Source: Myxococcota bacterium
Lineage (GTDB): Bacteria; Myxococcota; B64-G9
Assembly (NCBI GenBank): GCA_022710975.1
Contig: JAKLGA010000009.1
Coordinates: 245,547 to 309,546 of the forward strand
Length of the DNA: 64,000 nucleotides
Direction: 5' to 3'
Position 1 is the stretch's first letter, and every line of letters starts with the position of its first letter. Shown piece by piece: positions 48,584-57,025 of the stretch. The notes beneath the pieces are model-generated. The model was given only the letters and a program-made list of their open reading frames with translations, searched no databases and had not been told where the DNA came from. The translations under genes were made by a program, and so were the position numbers.

Positions 48584-48600
48584 GCGGGGGCTGGATTTGA
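48584..48600. repeat. 17-bp exact direct repeat of the tRNA-like 3' end (gcgggggctggatttga; second copy at 48739-48755)
   Basis: Exact match read in the sequence. Resembles att-site duplication at a tRNA 3' end. Confidence 0.7.
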
Positions 48601-48696
48601 CCCGTGGCCCACCTTGGTGGGCCACGGACCATCGCACCCGCTGCGCGGGTGCTCAGGCCAGCACGCGAAAACTCGAACTCCAACCCCTTAGCAAAC

Positions 48697-48731
48697 AAAA
48701 GGCCCCGGTAGGAACCGGGGCCTTTTGCTTT
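48697..48731. terminator. Bidirectional rho-independent terminator (GGCCCCGG-tagga-ACCGGGGCC flanked by A-run and T-run)
   Basis: Perfect 8-bp GC stem with AAAA upstream and TTTTGCTTTG downstream. Read in the sequence. Confidence 0.65.
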
Positions 48732-48736
48732 GCTAT

Positions 48737-48780
48737 AGCGGGGGCTGGATTTGAACCAGCGACCTTCGGGTTATGAGGTC
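48737..48780 (-). ncRNA. tRNA/tmRNA-like 3' element: helix + T-arm (GCTGG-TTCAAAT-CCAGC) + 7-nt acceptor 3' strand (CCCCGCT) + A, with no CCA encoded and no 5' partner found
   Basis: Minus-strand read ...GACCTCATAACCCGAAGGTC GCTGGTTCAAATCCAGC CCCCGCT A. Canonical T-loop. Followed immediately by the terminator. A 17-bp piece is duplicated at 48584-48600. Confidence 0.3.
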
Positions 48781-49013
48781 GCGTAAAGCACTTCGGCAAG
48801 CGGGCGTCTTTGTTCGAATTTTCAGGCAGTCCGGGTACCTGACCTTAGGGTCGAGTCCACGGGAGTCCACGCCAGAGCCCCTGAATGCACGCGGGTTCCG
48901 TCAAAGTTCCGTCCACGTTTTCGGCGTCGTCGTAGGGTTTTCAACCCGAAGGTCGGATGGTAGGCCCACCAGTCCCTGGGTCCCAGCCGTTGGTCCTGGT
49001 TTTTTAGGGGGTC

Positions 49014-49550
49014 TCACAGCAGGGAATACGGGTCGGGGCCGAGGTGGCGGTCGTTGAAGTCGGAGACGATCTTCGCCGCCTCCTCCAGCACCCGCGCGTG
49101 CTCCGGGGGGCACAGGACGCCCGGCAGCATGGTGACCGCGGCGAAGCCCCTGAGCAGCCCCGGGTGGTGGCAGGCCACATGCTCGACCTGCCTGACCAGC
49201 ACCCGGCCCGTGTAGCAGGGCGTGCTGCGCTGCATCGCCCCGCGGCGCTTCAACGGCAGGACGAGCGGGGTCTCCGGGGGCGGCTGCGCCAGCGCGCGCA
49301 GCTCGAACTCGAGCCAGGCCAGGTGGGCGCCGGTGTCCAGCCCCTCGAAGTCCCGCACGAAGGCCAGGGGGAAGGGCCGGCCGCCCTCGCCGAGGAAGGC
49401 CTGGCAGAGGGTCCGGAGGCCGGCCTCGAACTGGACCGGCACCACCTCACCGTCCACGGTCCGGCAGCGCAGGCACGCGAGCCGGGGTACCACGCGTCGC
49501 CGGGGCTTGTTCACCATCTCCTTCAACCACTCGAGGTTGGCTCGTTCCAC
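49014..49550 (-). CDS. Hypothetical protein (178 aa)
   Basis: Protein-like composition with no recognizable motif. First gene read after the non-coding stretch. Confidence 0.5.
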   Translation of the reverse strand: MERANLEWLKEMVNKPRRRVVPRLACLRCRTVDGEVVPVQFEAGLRTLCQAFLGEGGRPFPLAFVRDFEGLDTGAHLAWLEFELRALAQPPPETPLVLPLKRRGAMQRSTPCYTGRVLVRQVEHVACHHPGLLRGFAAVTMLPGVLCPPEHARVLEEAAKIVSDFNDRHLGPDPYSLL

Positions 49551-49563
49551 GGCGCGCCTCCGT

Positions 49564-49827
49564 TCACTTCCTGTAGTGCTTCATCAGCAGGTCCTGGGCC
49601 TCGGTGAGGAGCTCCTCCAGTCTGGAGGTGATCTGCCCGAGGGCAGTCGCCAGCTCGTCGGCCTCCTGGTCGTCGAGCGCCTGCAGTCGTCGGATCGCGC
49701 TGGTGGCGACGCACAGCTGCTCCTGCAGCTCGAAGAGCGCCTGGGCCCGCTCGAGCAGGCGCCGGTCTCCTCTCTTGAGAGGGGGCTGTCTGATCAGGAC
49801 CACGTTGTCCTTCTTGTCTTCCGCCAT
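49564..49827 (-). CDS. Small coiled-coil hypothetical protein (~87 aa)
   Basis: Internal Met MAEDKKDNVVLIRQPP..., then heptad-like LQEQLCVATSAIRRLQAL. Confidence 0.45.
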   Translation of the reverse strand: MAEDKKDNVVLIRQPPLKRGDRRLLERAQALFELQEQLCVATSAIRRLQALDDQEADELATALGQITSRLEELLTEAQDLLMKHYRK

Positions 49828-49991
49828 CTCCCACCTCCACCAACCTCGACGCACCTGCGCGTACCTTTCTGACCCGGCCCAGGCCTGTTTCTGCCCCCTC
49901 GCGGATTTCTCGTCCGGGCATGTCAGAGCGCTCCAGTCCAGGGCGTCAGTCCTCCTGGTGGGCCGAGAAGGCGGGCTTTCAGGAGGAGATC

Positions 49992-51941
49992 ATGGGCAGG
50001 CCGTTCCGCATGCAGAGGTTCCCAGCCGCGCCGGCCAGGACGCCCGTGGCCGCACCGGCCGAGGTCACGCGCTTCGCCACCCACGACGACCTGCTCGAAG
50101 GCGCGCTGGGCATGCTCGAGGCCCGCGCCCACGCCCGCCGCCAGGCCGAGCAGCAGGAGCGCAGCCCGGAGCGCGACCCGGCTCAGGTGGCCGCGGCCTG
50201 GGAGCTGTCCGAGTCCTGGGCGGCCTGGTTCCACGCCAGCTTCGAGCGCAGCAAGGACCGGCTCGTGCTCTGCCGCCGCGTGCTGGAGGCCGGCCTCCTG
50301 CCGCTCGAACGTGAGCTGCTCCTGGCCCTGCTGCTCTCCCAGCTCGGCGCCACCCGCGCCCGCATCAACAACATCGGCGACCTGGTGGACGAGGTGCGCA
50401 CCCCGGGCATGCGCGCCCTGGAGGCGCTGCGCGCCCTCGGCGAGGACAGCCGGCTGGTCCGCTCTGGGCTGGTGTGCTTCGAGGACCCGGACGAGGAGCC
50501 CTCCGAGCGCACCCCGCTCCCGGCGCCCGAGCTGCTGGCCCGCCTGCTCGGCCCGGACGCGACCGCGGGCGAGGAGCCGCGCGGGCTCGAGGTGGACAGC
50601 CAGGAGGCGCTGTTCGGGGCCCTGACCGGCTTCACCCGGGCCGCCCAGGCCAAGGCCGAGGCGCTGTCCGACCGCGCCCGGGCCATGATGATGCGCCGCT
50701 CCCCGGGCCTGCTGCCGCGCCGCATCTACCGGCTCGAGTGCCTGTTCCAGGCCGTCCAGGCCACGCTCGGCGCGCACCCAGACTGGCCGCTCGCCACCCT
50801 GTTCGCCCAGCCCGGCCTCGGGAACGGGGAACGCATGGCGCTCCTCGTGCTCCTCGGCCGCGACGGCGGCCATTTGCCGGCCGATCACCCGCTGTACCTG
50901 GGGCTCGGCCTGGCGCGGGTGCTGGCCCCGTCCGAGGCCCGGGTGGCCGACTGCCTGGGGGCCCTGTCCCCGCGGGGGACCCTGCTCGGGACCGGGCTGG
51001 TGCAGGCCTGCGACGGGCCGGCCGAGCTGCTGTCCGACCACCCGTCCGCGCTGGCCGAAGTCGCCTTCGAGCTGGGCGACCGGGCGCGCGAGCTGCTGGG
51101 GCTGGACGAGGCGCGCAAGGCCCGCGCCGGGGCGGAAGGGGTGCGCGAGGCCCGCGTGCGACTGTCCCAGCTCGTGCTCCCGCCCGCTGTGCGGCTCGCG
51201 CTGCGCATGGCGCTCGCCCAGGCCCGCCACGGCCGGGTGATGCTCGGGGACTGGGGGCTGGGCAAGAGCATCGCCTACGGCCGGGGGGTGACCCTGCTGT
51301 TCTCCGGCCCACCCGGTGTGGGCAAGACCGCCGCGGCCGAGGGGCTGGCCCGCGAGCTCGGGCTGCCCATCCTGGTGGCCGACTACGCCCAGATCCAGAA
51401 CATGTTCGTGGGCGGGACCGAGAAGAACATCGCAGCCACCTTCCGGCGCGCCCGACGGGCCCACGCGCTGCTCTTCTGGGACGAGGCCGACGCCATGTTC
51501 TACGGCCGCGACCAGGGCCAGCGCCCCTGGGAGGTGCGCGACGTGAACGTGCTGCTGACCGAGCTCGAGCGCTTCGAGGGGGTGTGCGTGCTGGCCACCA
51601 ACCGGCCTGGCAGCCTGGACGCGGCCCTGGAGCGGCGGGTGACCCTGAAGGTCGAGTTCAGCGCGCCGGACCGCGTGGCCCGGGAGAAGATCTGGCGGAA
51701 GCTCCTGCCGAGGAAGCTGCCGCTGGCTGAGGACGTGGACCTGGCGCGCCTCGCGGAGGCGGCCTTGAGCGGCGGGGAGATCAAGAACGCCGTGCTGAAC
51801 GCGGCCCGGCTGGCCATCCTGCGTGGGCCGAGGGCGCGGGTGCGCATGGCGGATCTAGAGAAGGCCGTGGCGCTCGAGCTCGGCGGCAGGCTGCAGAAGA
51901 CGAACGTGCATGCCCTGGGATTCCAGGCAGGAGGTGCGTGA
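49992..51941 (+). CDS. AAA+ ATPase with ~400-aa N-terminal domain of unknown function
   Basis: SD AGGAGG before the Met at 49992. C-terminal Walker A (LLFSGPPGVGKTAAAEGLA), Walker B (LLFWDEADAMF), sensor and arginine-finger region. Confidence 0.8.
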   Translation: MGRPFRMQRFPAAPARTPVAAPAEVTRFATHDDLLEGALGMLEARAHARRQAEQQERSPERDPAQVAAAWELSESWAAWFHASFERSKDRLVLCRRVLEAGLLPLERELLLALLLSQLGATRARINNIGDLVDEVRTPGMRALEALRALGEDSRLVRSGLVCFEDPDEEPSERTPLPAPELLARLLGPDATAGEEPRGLEVDSQEALFGALTGFTRAAQAKAEALSDRARAMMMRRSPGLLPRRIYRLECLFQAVQATLGAHPDWPLATLFAQPGLGNGERMALLVLLGRDGGHLPADHPLYLGLGLARVLAPSEARVADCLGALSPRGTLLGTGLVQACDGPAELLSDHPSALAEVAFELGDRARELLGLDEARKARAGAEGVREARVRLSQLVLPPAVRLALRMALAQARHGRVMLGDWGLGKSIAYGRGVTLLFSGPPGVGKTAAAEGLARELGLPILVADYAQIQNMFVGGTEKNIAATFRRARRAHALLFWDEADAMFYGRDQGQRPWEVRDVNVLLTELERFEGVCVLATNRPGSLDAALERRVTLKVEFSAPDRVAREKIWRKLLPRKLPLAEDVDLARLAEAALSGGEIKNAVLNAARLAILRGPRARVRMADLEKAVALELGGRLQKTNVHALGFQAGGA

Positions 51942-52363
51942 TGTCCATCGCCTACGTGACCTGTCCCGACTGGCAGTACATCGAGCTCGCGGGCGAGCAC
52001 CCGGTGATCTCCGGCTGCCGCCGCATCGACGTGCAGCCGGACGACCCGCTGCTCGACTGGAAGAACATCGTGGTCTATCTGGAGTTCCACAGGCCGGATC
52101 GGAAGAACCCGGACGACACCCGCCCCAAGGGGTACACGGGCCGGTTCCTGATCCGGAAGATCGCCCAGTGCATGCGCGGCTACCCGGGCATCCTGCCCAA
52201 CGCGGTCATGCTGCTGCTGGACGAGTACGAGCCGAACGACGTCGAGACGCTGATGATCAAGGAGCAGGTGACCGATCTGCTGGTGCGCGCCGAGCGGGTG
52301 GGCGGGACCCTGAAGGCCCGCAGCATGCTCGAGATCGCCGAGACCACGGCCCCGCCGGCGTGA
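51941..52363 (+). CDS. Hypothetical 140-aa protein translationally coupled to the AAA+ ATPase
   Basis: SD AGGAGGTG 6 nt upstream. ATG overlaps the ATPase stop (TGATG). Confidence 0.55.
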   Translation: MSIAYVTCPDWQYIELAGEHPVISGCRRIDVQPDDPLLDWKNIVVYLEFHRPDRKNPDDTRPKGYTGRFLIRKIAQCMRGYPGILPNAVMLLLDEYEPNDVETLMIKEQVTDLLVRAERVGGTLKARSMLEIAETTAPPA

Positions 52364-52365
52364 GC

Positions 52366-52788
52366 TCACCCCTCCATCTTCGTCACCTTCACCCCGACCT
52401 CGCGCAGCACCCACGCGCCCGTCCGCAGCATGCGCCGCAGCAGGCCGAGGCGGGCGTTCAGGAACCGCTCCAGGCTGAGCCCGACCAGCTGGGTGAATAG
52501 GGTGTAGGCCCCCTTCGAGCTGGAGGGCGGCTGGTAGGTGGGGATCTCCAGGTACTCGGCCGGCGGCTCCCAGATGGCCTCCCAGGTGACCGGGACCAGG
52601 TAGCAGGCCTCGGGGTGGAGGGCGAGCAGGTGCTCCCGGTCGGCCAGCAGCTGGTCCCAGCTCCTGGGGTCATACAGCTCGGACAGGAAGCGCGGCGGCG
52701 GCTGGCCGGGCCAGGCCGGGCCCTCCACCAGGTGGCTGGGCGCGAGGCTCTCCTCCGGGACGACCGCCACGATCAGTGCGTTGCCCAT
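52366..52788 (-). CDS. Hypothetical protein (140 aa)
   Basis: Last gene of the minus-strand XRE-lipoprotein operon. No motif recognized. Confidence 0.45.
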   Translation of the reverse strand: MGNALIVAVVPEESLAPSHLVEGPAWPGQPPPRFLSELYDPRSWDQLLADREHLLALHPEACYLVPVTWEAIWEPPAEYLEIPTYQPPSSSKGAYTLFTQLVGLSLERFLNARLGLLRRMLRTGAWVLREVGVKVTKMEG

Positions 52789-52801
52789 CAGGGGCCTCCG
52801 C

Positions 52802-53868
52802 TCACGGCACGGGGACGATTCTGACCTCGAGCCGGGTGAGGTAGGCGCCCTGGGTCCAGGTGAAGCCGCCAGCCTTCAGGGAGCTCAAGCTCAGCGGGTC
52901 GGCCTGCACCCCCCCGATGAACTCGTAGTCGGTCACGTCGCTGTCGTAGGCCATGAACATCCAGCTATCCGTGGCGTAGATGTCCTCCTGGAAGGACTCG
53001 TTCCACACGGGGTTGTAGTTGTCCGACTTCTCCGTGGTGCTGAAGATTGGCTGCCCGGTGTCCGGGTCCGAGTTGCGGTAGACGCGGACGATCGGATCGG
53101 GCATGCCGCCCGGGAAGTCCCACGCGTCGCCGGACTGGTCGTAGTCGGAGACCGTGGCCGAGACGATGGTGAAGGTGTACCGCCGACCGTAGGCCGGCAC
53201 GCAGTCCCCGCCGATGCACAGCGAGCTCGAGTCGCACACAGCGTGGCTCGCGCAGGTGCAGCGCCCCGTGGCGTCGCAGCCCTGGCCCGTGGGGCAGGTG
53301 CCGCACGACTGCCCGCAGGTGGGATCCGGGCCGCACTCCCGGCCGGTGCAGGTCGGGGTGCAGCCGCCCACGCACAGGCCGTTCCCGTCGCAGGTCTCCC
53401 CGGTCGGGCAGCTGCCGCACGCGGCCTGGCCGCCGCACCCGTCGTCCCAGGAGCCGCACTCGTGGCCGAGCTGGGGGCAGGTGGCGGGCGTGCACGAGCC
53501 GCACCAGCCGTCGTTGTCGAGCACGTCGACGATGTTGTTCCCGCAGGCGGAGCTCTCGATGCACCCGGACAGGATGTTCTCGGGGATGACATAGTCGATG
53601 AGGTCCAGGGTGCAGCTTCCGTCCTCGAAGGTGTGGTCATCCCCGTACGTGAGGCAGGTGCAGTCGCCGTCGTAGACCAAGGGGTACTTGCCCTGGGTCA
53701 CACAGTCGCACTGACAGCAGTCGCGGCCGAGGCAGTAGGTGCCTACTGCCTGGTACACCTGCATCGCCACCCTGGTGCAGTCGTCCTCCGCGTTGCCTCC
53801 CTCGCCGCCGCAGCCGGCGAGCAGGGCAACGAGCATCAGCGCAATCGTCCACTTGCCTTTCCTCATGG
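52802..53868 (-). CDS. Cysteine-rich lipoprotein with CGxCPTGxxCDxxGxC repeats and a C-terminal C2-like (Ca2+/lipid-binding) beta-sandwich
   Basis: SD AGGAGG. Lipobox LLAGCG. CGSCPTGETCDGNGLC / CGTCPTGQGCDATGRC repeats. C-terminal ...RVYRNSDPDTGQPIFSTTEKSDNYNPVWNESF resembles a C2 domain. Confidence 0.65.
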
Positions 53869-54138
53869 TTCTCCTCCTTGGCCGACCGCGACCGCGCTCT
53901 CCGGTCCCAGGCACTGGAGCAGCTCGGCTGGCTGGACCCCGAGCGCGCGGGCCAGGCGGATGATGTTGAGCACGCTCAGGTTCCGCTCACCGCGCTCCAC
54001 GCTGCCCACGTAGGTGCGGTGGAGGCCCGAGCGGAAGGCCAGCTCCTCCTGGGTCAGCCCCTGCTGCTGGCGCTGGTCCCGGATCCATCTCCCCAGGGTC
54101 ACGAGGTCGGGGTCCATGCGCACCTCACGGTAGGCCAC
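53863..54138 (-). CDS. XRE-family helix-turn-helix transcriptional regulator
   Basis: LTQEELAFRSGLHRTYVGSVERGERNLSVLNIIRLARAL (Cro/C1-type HTH). Confidence 0.75.
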   Translation of the reverse strand: MAYREVRMDPDLVTLGRWIRDQRQQQGLTQEELAFRSGLHRTYVGSVERGERNLSVLNIIRLARALGVQPAELLQCLGPESAVAVGQGGEP

Positions 54139-54383
54139 ACCTTGGCGATCGGTCTACAGACTCCGAGTAGCAATGCGGCCTCCAGCGCGGGTTCTCGCAT
54201 CCGCGCGCCACTGCGAGGGTGCATGAGCAAGGCCGGTGCCAGCGGGCTCCCACGCGCGGAACGCCCCGGCGCAAAGGGGATCCGGGCTGGACCCGGGCTG
54301 AAAGGCCGTTCAGCGGGGGATGAGACTCCGGGTCATCAGATTCTGAGCACCCTCCCTTGGAAATGGAAAAGGTCGGAGGATCC

Positions 54384-55109
54384 ATGTCCGATCCGCTCCG
54401 CCTCGGTCGTCAGTCTTCCTGGGGAGAGAGGGCAGGGCACTTGAAGGTGATTGTCCCAGCGCAGGGCGGTCCTGGTGCGAGGATCGAGGACGGGCGGGTG
54501 CGGGTCTGCCTGCACCTGCACACCCGGCCCCGCTCCTCGGACGCCTCCCTGGATCCAGTCGACGCGCTGTGCATGGCCGCCGCGGCCGGGGCGGACTTCC
54601 TGGTGCTGACCGAGCACGACGCATCCTGGACCCCTGCGGCCCTGGCCGAGCTCCGCGCGGCCGCCGGGCCCGAGGCCGCCAGGACCGTCCCCCTGGGCGG
54701 CCGGGAGCTGTGCCTGCCCGACGCCCACCTGCTGGTGGTGGGCGCCTTGCCACCGCTTGCGCCGGAGCTGATGGGACCAGGCCAGACCCGGGCCCTGGTC
54801 GAGGCGCTGCACCGGGCTGGCTGCGCGGTGGTGCTGGCACATCCCTGGGACGTTCGCTGGCAGATCCCGCCCCGGATGGCAAAGGAGTGGGGCGTGGATG
54901 CGGTGGAGGTCGTGGGCGCCCGGCACCGCGAGCCTGGCGATGCCGGGCTGGCCGCCATGCGGGCCGCGGGCCTCCCGGGCGTGGCCGGCGTGGACGCCCA
55001 CCACCCGGAGCACCTCGGCCTGATCCCGGCCTGCCTGACCCTGGTGCCTGGCTGGGTGAGGGACGAAGCAGGCTTGATCCGGGCCATCCGGAGGGGAGAG
55101 GTGGCCTGA
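54384..55109 (+). CDS. PHP-domain metal-dependent phosphoesterase
   Basis: SD GGAGG before the Met at 54384. CLHLHT...SSDAS N-terminal His motif, later HPWDV / VDAHHP. Confidence 0.65.
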   Translation: MSDPLRLGRQSSWGERAGHLKVIVPAQGGPGARIEDGRVRVCLHLHTRPRSSDASLDPVDALCMAAAAGADFLVLTEHDASWTPAALAELRAAAGPEAARTVPLGGRELCLPDAHLLVVGALPPLAPELMGPGQTRALVEALHRAGCAVVLAHPWDVRWQIPPRMAKEWGVDAVEVVGARHREPGDAGLAAMRAAGLPGVAGVDAHHPEHLGLIPACLTLVPGWVRDEAGLIRAIRRGEVA

Positions 55110-55146
55110 ACCTGTCGACGCCTGCGGGATGTGGGATCTGACTGAA

Positions 55147-55204
55147 CACCGTGTCTGGTGGCAGGTGTCTGGTTTGAACCAGCCACCAGACTCCAGACAC
55201 GGTG
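55147..55204. repeat. 58-bp imperfect palindrome centred on CTGGTTTGAACCAG. Outer arms CACCGTGTCTGG / CCAGACACGGTG perfect.
   Basis: Read in the sequence. The core is related to the tRNA-like motif at 48744-48763. Confidence 0.7.
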
Positions 55205-55281
55205 CCTCGACCATCGCACCGTTTGTCAGATCCCCGCCCACCCCGGCGTCGGTATTCTCAGAAGCAAGGAAAGGAGCCCCC

Positions 55282-55488
55282 ATGTACGCGAAAGCCAGGC
55301 AGGGTGAGCTGACCGACCTGTCGTCGCAACAGGTGTCGCTGGTGAAGTGCGCGAGCGAGTTCAACTACCGGGTGCTGATGAGCAAGAAGGACCCGTGGGT
55401 CGAGCCGGACCCGCGGACCTTCCCGAAGCTCGACCAGCTGGCGCAGATCCTGTTGACCGCGCCGGCCCCGCTGCTGCCCGACTGCTAG
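55282..55488 (+). CDS. Small hypothetical protein (68 aa)
   Basis: SD AAGGAAAGGAG. Moderate-complexity sequence. Confidence 0.4.
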   Translation: MYAKARQGELTDLSSQQVSLVKCASEFNYRVLMSKKDPWVEPDPRTFPKLDQLAQILLTAPAPLLPDC

Positions 55489-55561
55489 GGGCACCCGGGG
55501 AGAGTCAGATCCCTGGCGTACAGATCGTCTGTTCCCGTAGGGACAAAGGAGGTCCCGGACC

Positions 55562-56896
55562 ATGGAGACGATCGCGAGCGCGGCGGTGGCGTTCCTGGTG
55601 GGTGGCGTGCTGGCCTTCCTGGTGACCGCGCTCCTCATGCGCCGGGCCGCCAGCGCCGAGCTCGCCCGGCTGGCCGGGTTGCTGTCCGTCGAGCGCGAGG
55701 GGCGCATCCGGGTGGAGAGCCAAGCCCAGGAGACCGGGCGGCGGCTCGAGGAGGAGAAGGCGCTCCTCTCCGAGGCCCAGACCCGGCTCACCGACGCCTT
55801 CAAGGCGCTGGCCGGCGACGCGCTCAGCGCGAACCAGGCCGCCTTCCTGCAGCTCGCCCAGGAGCGCCTCGCCAAGCTGGTCGGCCAGGCCCAGGGTGAC
55901 CTCGGCCAGATGGCGGTGCAGACCCGGGGCGACCTGGGCAAGCACCAGGAGGCGCTCACCGGGCTGCTCGCCCCGATCGCCGAGAAGCTCAAGGCCTTCG
56001 ACGACCACCTCCACGTCCTGGAGAAGCTCCGGCTCGAGTCCGCCACCCGGCTGGAGGGCCAGATCAGCGGCCTTACCGGCTGCCAGGAGAAGCTGCAGAA
56101 GGAGACCAAGAACCTGGCGAACGCGCTCCAGCACCCCCAGGTGCGCGGCCGCTGGGGCGAGGTGACGCTGCGGCGGGTGGTGGAGCTCGCCGGCATGAGC
56201 GCGCATTGCGACTTCGACGAGCAGGTCACGGTCCAGGACGCCGAGGGCGCCAGGCAGCGGCCCGATCTGGTGGTGCGCCTGCCGGGCGGGCAGAACCTGG
56301 TGGTGGACTCCAAGGTGGCGCTCGAGGCCTACCTGCGCGCCGTCGAGTCCCCGGACGAGGCCACGCGCCAGGCCTGCCTGGCGGACCACGCCCGCCAGAC
56401 CCGGAAGCACATGGACGCCCTGGCCTCGAAGAGCTACTGGAGCAAGTTCGAGCCCACCCCGGAGTTCGTGGTGATGTTCATTCCAGGGGAGTCCTTCTTC
56501 GCCGCGGCTGTGGATCAGGACCCCACCCTCATCGAGGACGGCATGGCGAGCAGAGTCGTGCTGGCCACCCCGACCACGCTCATCGCGTTGCTGCTCTCCG
56601 TGGCCTACGGCTGGCGCCAGGAGCAGCTCGCGGAGAACGCCCAGCGCATCAGCGAGGCGGGCCGGCAGGTGCACGAGCGCCTGGCCAAGCTGGTCGGCTT
56701 CCTGGCGAAGTTCGGTGGGCAGATCCACAGCCTGACCGCGTGCTACAACGAGGCGGTCGGCTCGCTCGAGTCGCGGCTCCTCCCGGCCGCCCGCAGGCTG
56801 GAGGAGCTGGGCGCAGGCAGCGAGAAGGCGATCCCGGTCCTCGAGCCGGTGGACCTGGTGCCCAGGGCGCTGGAGGCGGGGAAGGAGGGGGAGTGA
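55562..56896 (+). CDS. rmuC: DNA recombination protein RmuC
   Basis: N-terminal TM and coiled coil. RmuC core (GRWGEVTLRRVVELAGM, FVVMFIPGESFF). Confidence 0.85.
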   Translation: METIASAAVAFLVGGVLAFLVTALLMRRAASAELARLAGLLSVEREGRIRVESQAQETGRRLEEEKALLSEAQTRLTDAFKALAGDALSANQAAFLQLAQERLAKLVGQAQGDLGQMAVQTRGDLGKHQEALTGLLAPIAEKLKAFDDHLHVLEKLRLESATRLEGQISGLTGCQEKLQKETKNLANALQHPQVRGRWGEVTLRRVVELAGMSAHCDFDEQVTVQDAEGARQRPDLVVRLPGGQNLVVDSKVALEAYLRAVESPDEATRQACLADHARQTRKHMDALASKSYWSKFEPTPEFVVMFIPGESFFAAAVDQDPTLIEDGMASRVVLATPTTLIALLLSVAYGWRQEQLAENAQRISEAGRQVHERLAKLVGFLAKFGGQIHSLTACYNEAVGSLESRLLPAARRLEELGAGSEKAIPVLEPVDLVPRALEAGKEGE

Positions 56897-57025
56897 AGGT
56901 CAGCACCGTACCCGGCGAGGTGCCGCCAGGTCTTGCCTCCCATTTGACCTCTGTCAGTCGCTTGCTGCTCAGGCTGCGGGAGGTGGGGTCGCGATCGGAC
57001 GATTCGGAAGAGGGCGGCGTGAGAG

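Noticed and set aside
48585-48700. Second tRNA (possibly a selC-like long-variable-arm tRNA) on the minus strand (GGGGTTGG...GGCCCACCAAGGTGGGCC...GGGTCAAATCCAGCCCCC)
   Set aside because: The 5' GGGGTTGG can pair with CCAGCCCC, but that consumes the would-be T-stem. No consistent cloverleaf could be drawn, so this is better explained as a degenerate duplicate of the neighbouring 3' end.
48737-49013. tmRNA (ssrA) on the minus strand ending in the tRNA-like 3' element
   Set aside because: No tag-like reading frame ending in hydrophobic -AA residues before a stop in any frame. No 5' sequence able to pair with the CCCCGCT acceptor strand. Only about 277 nt are available before the upstream CDS. 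Kept only as a tRNA-like fragment or possible ncRNA.
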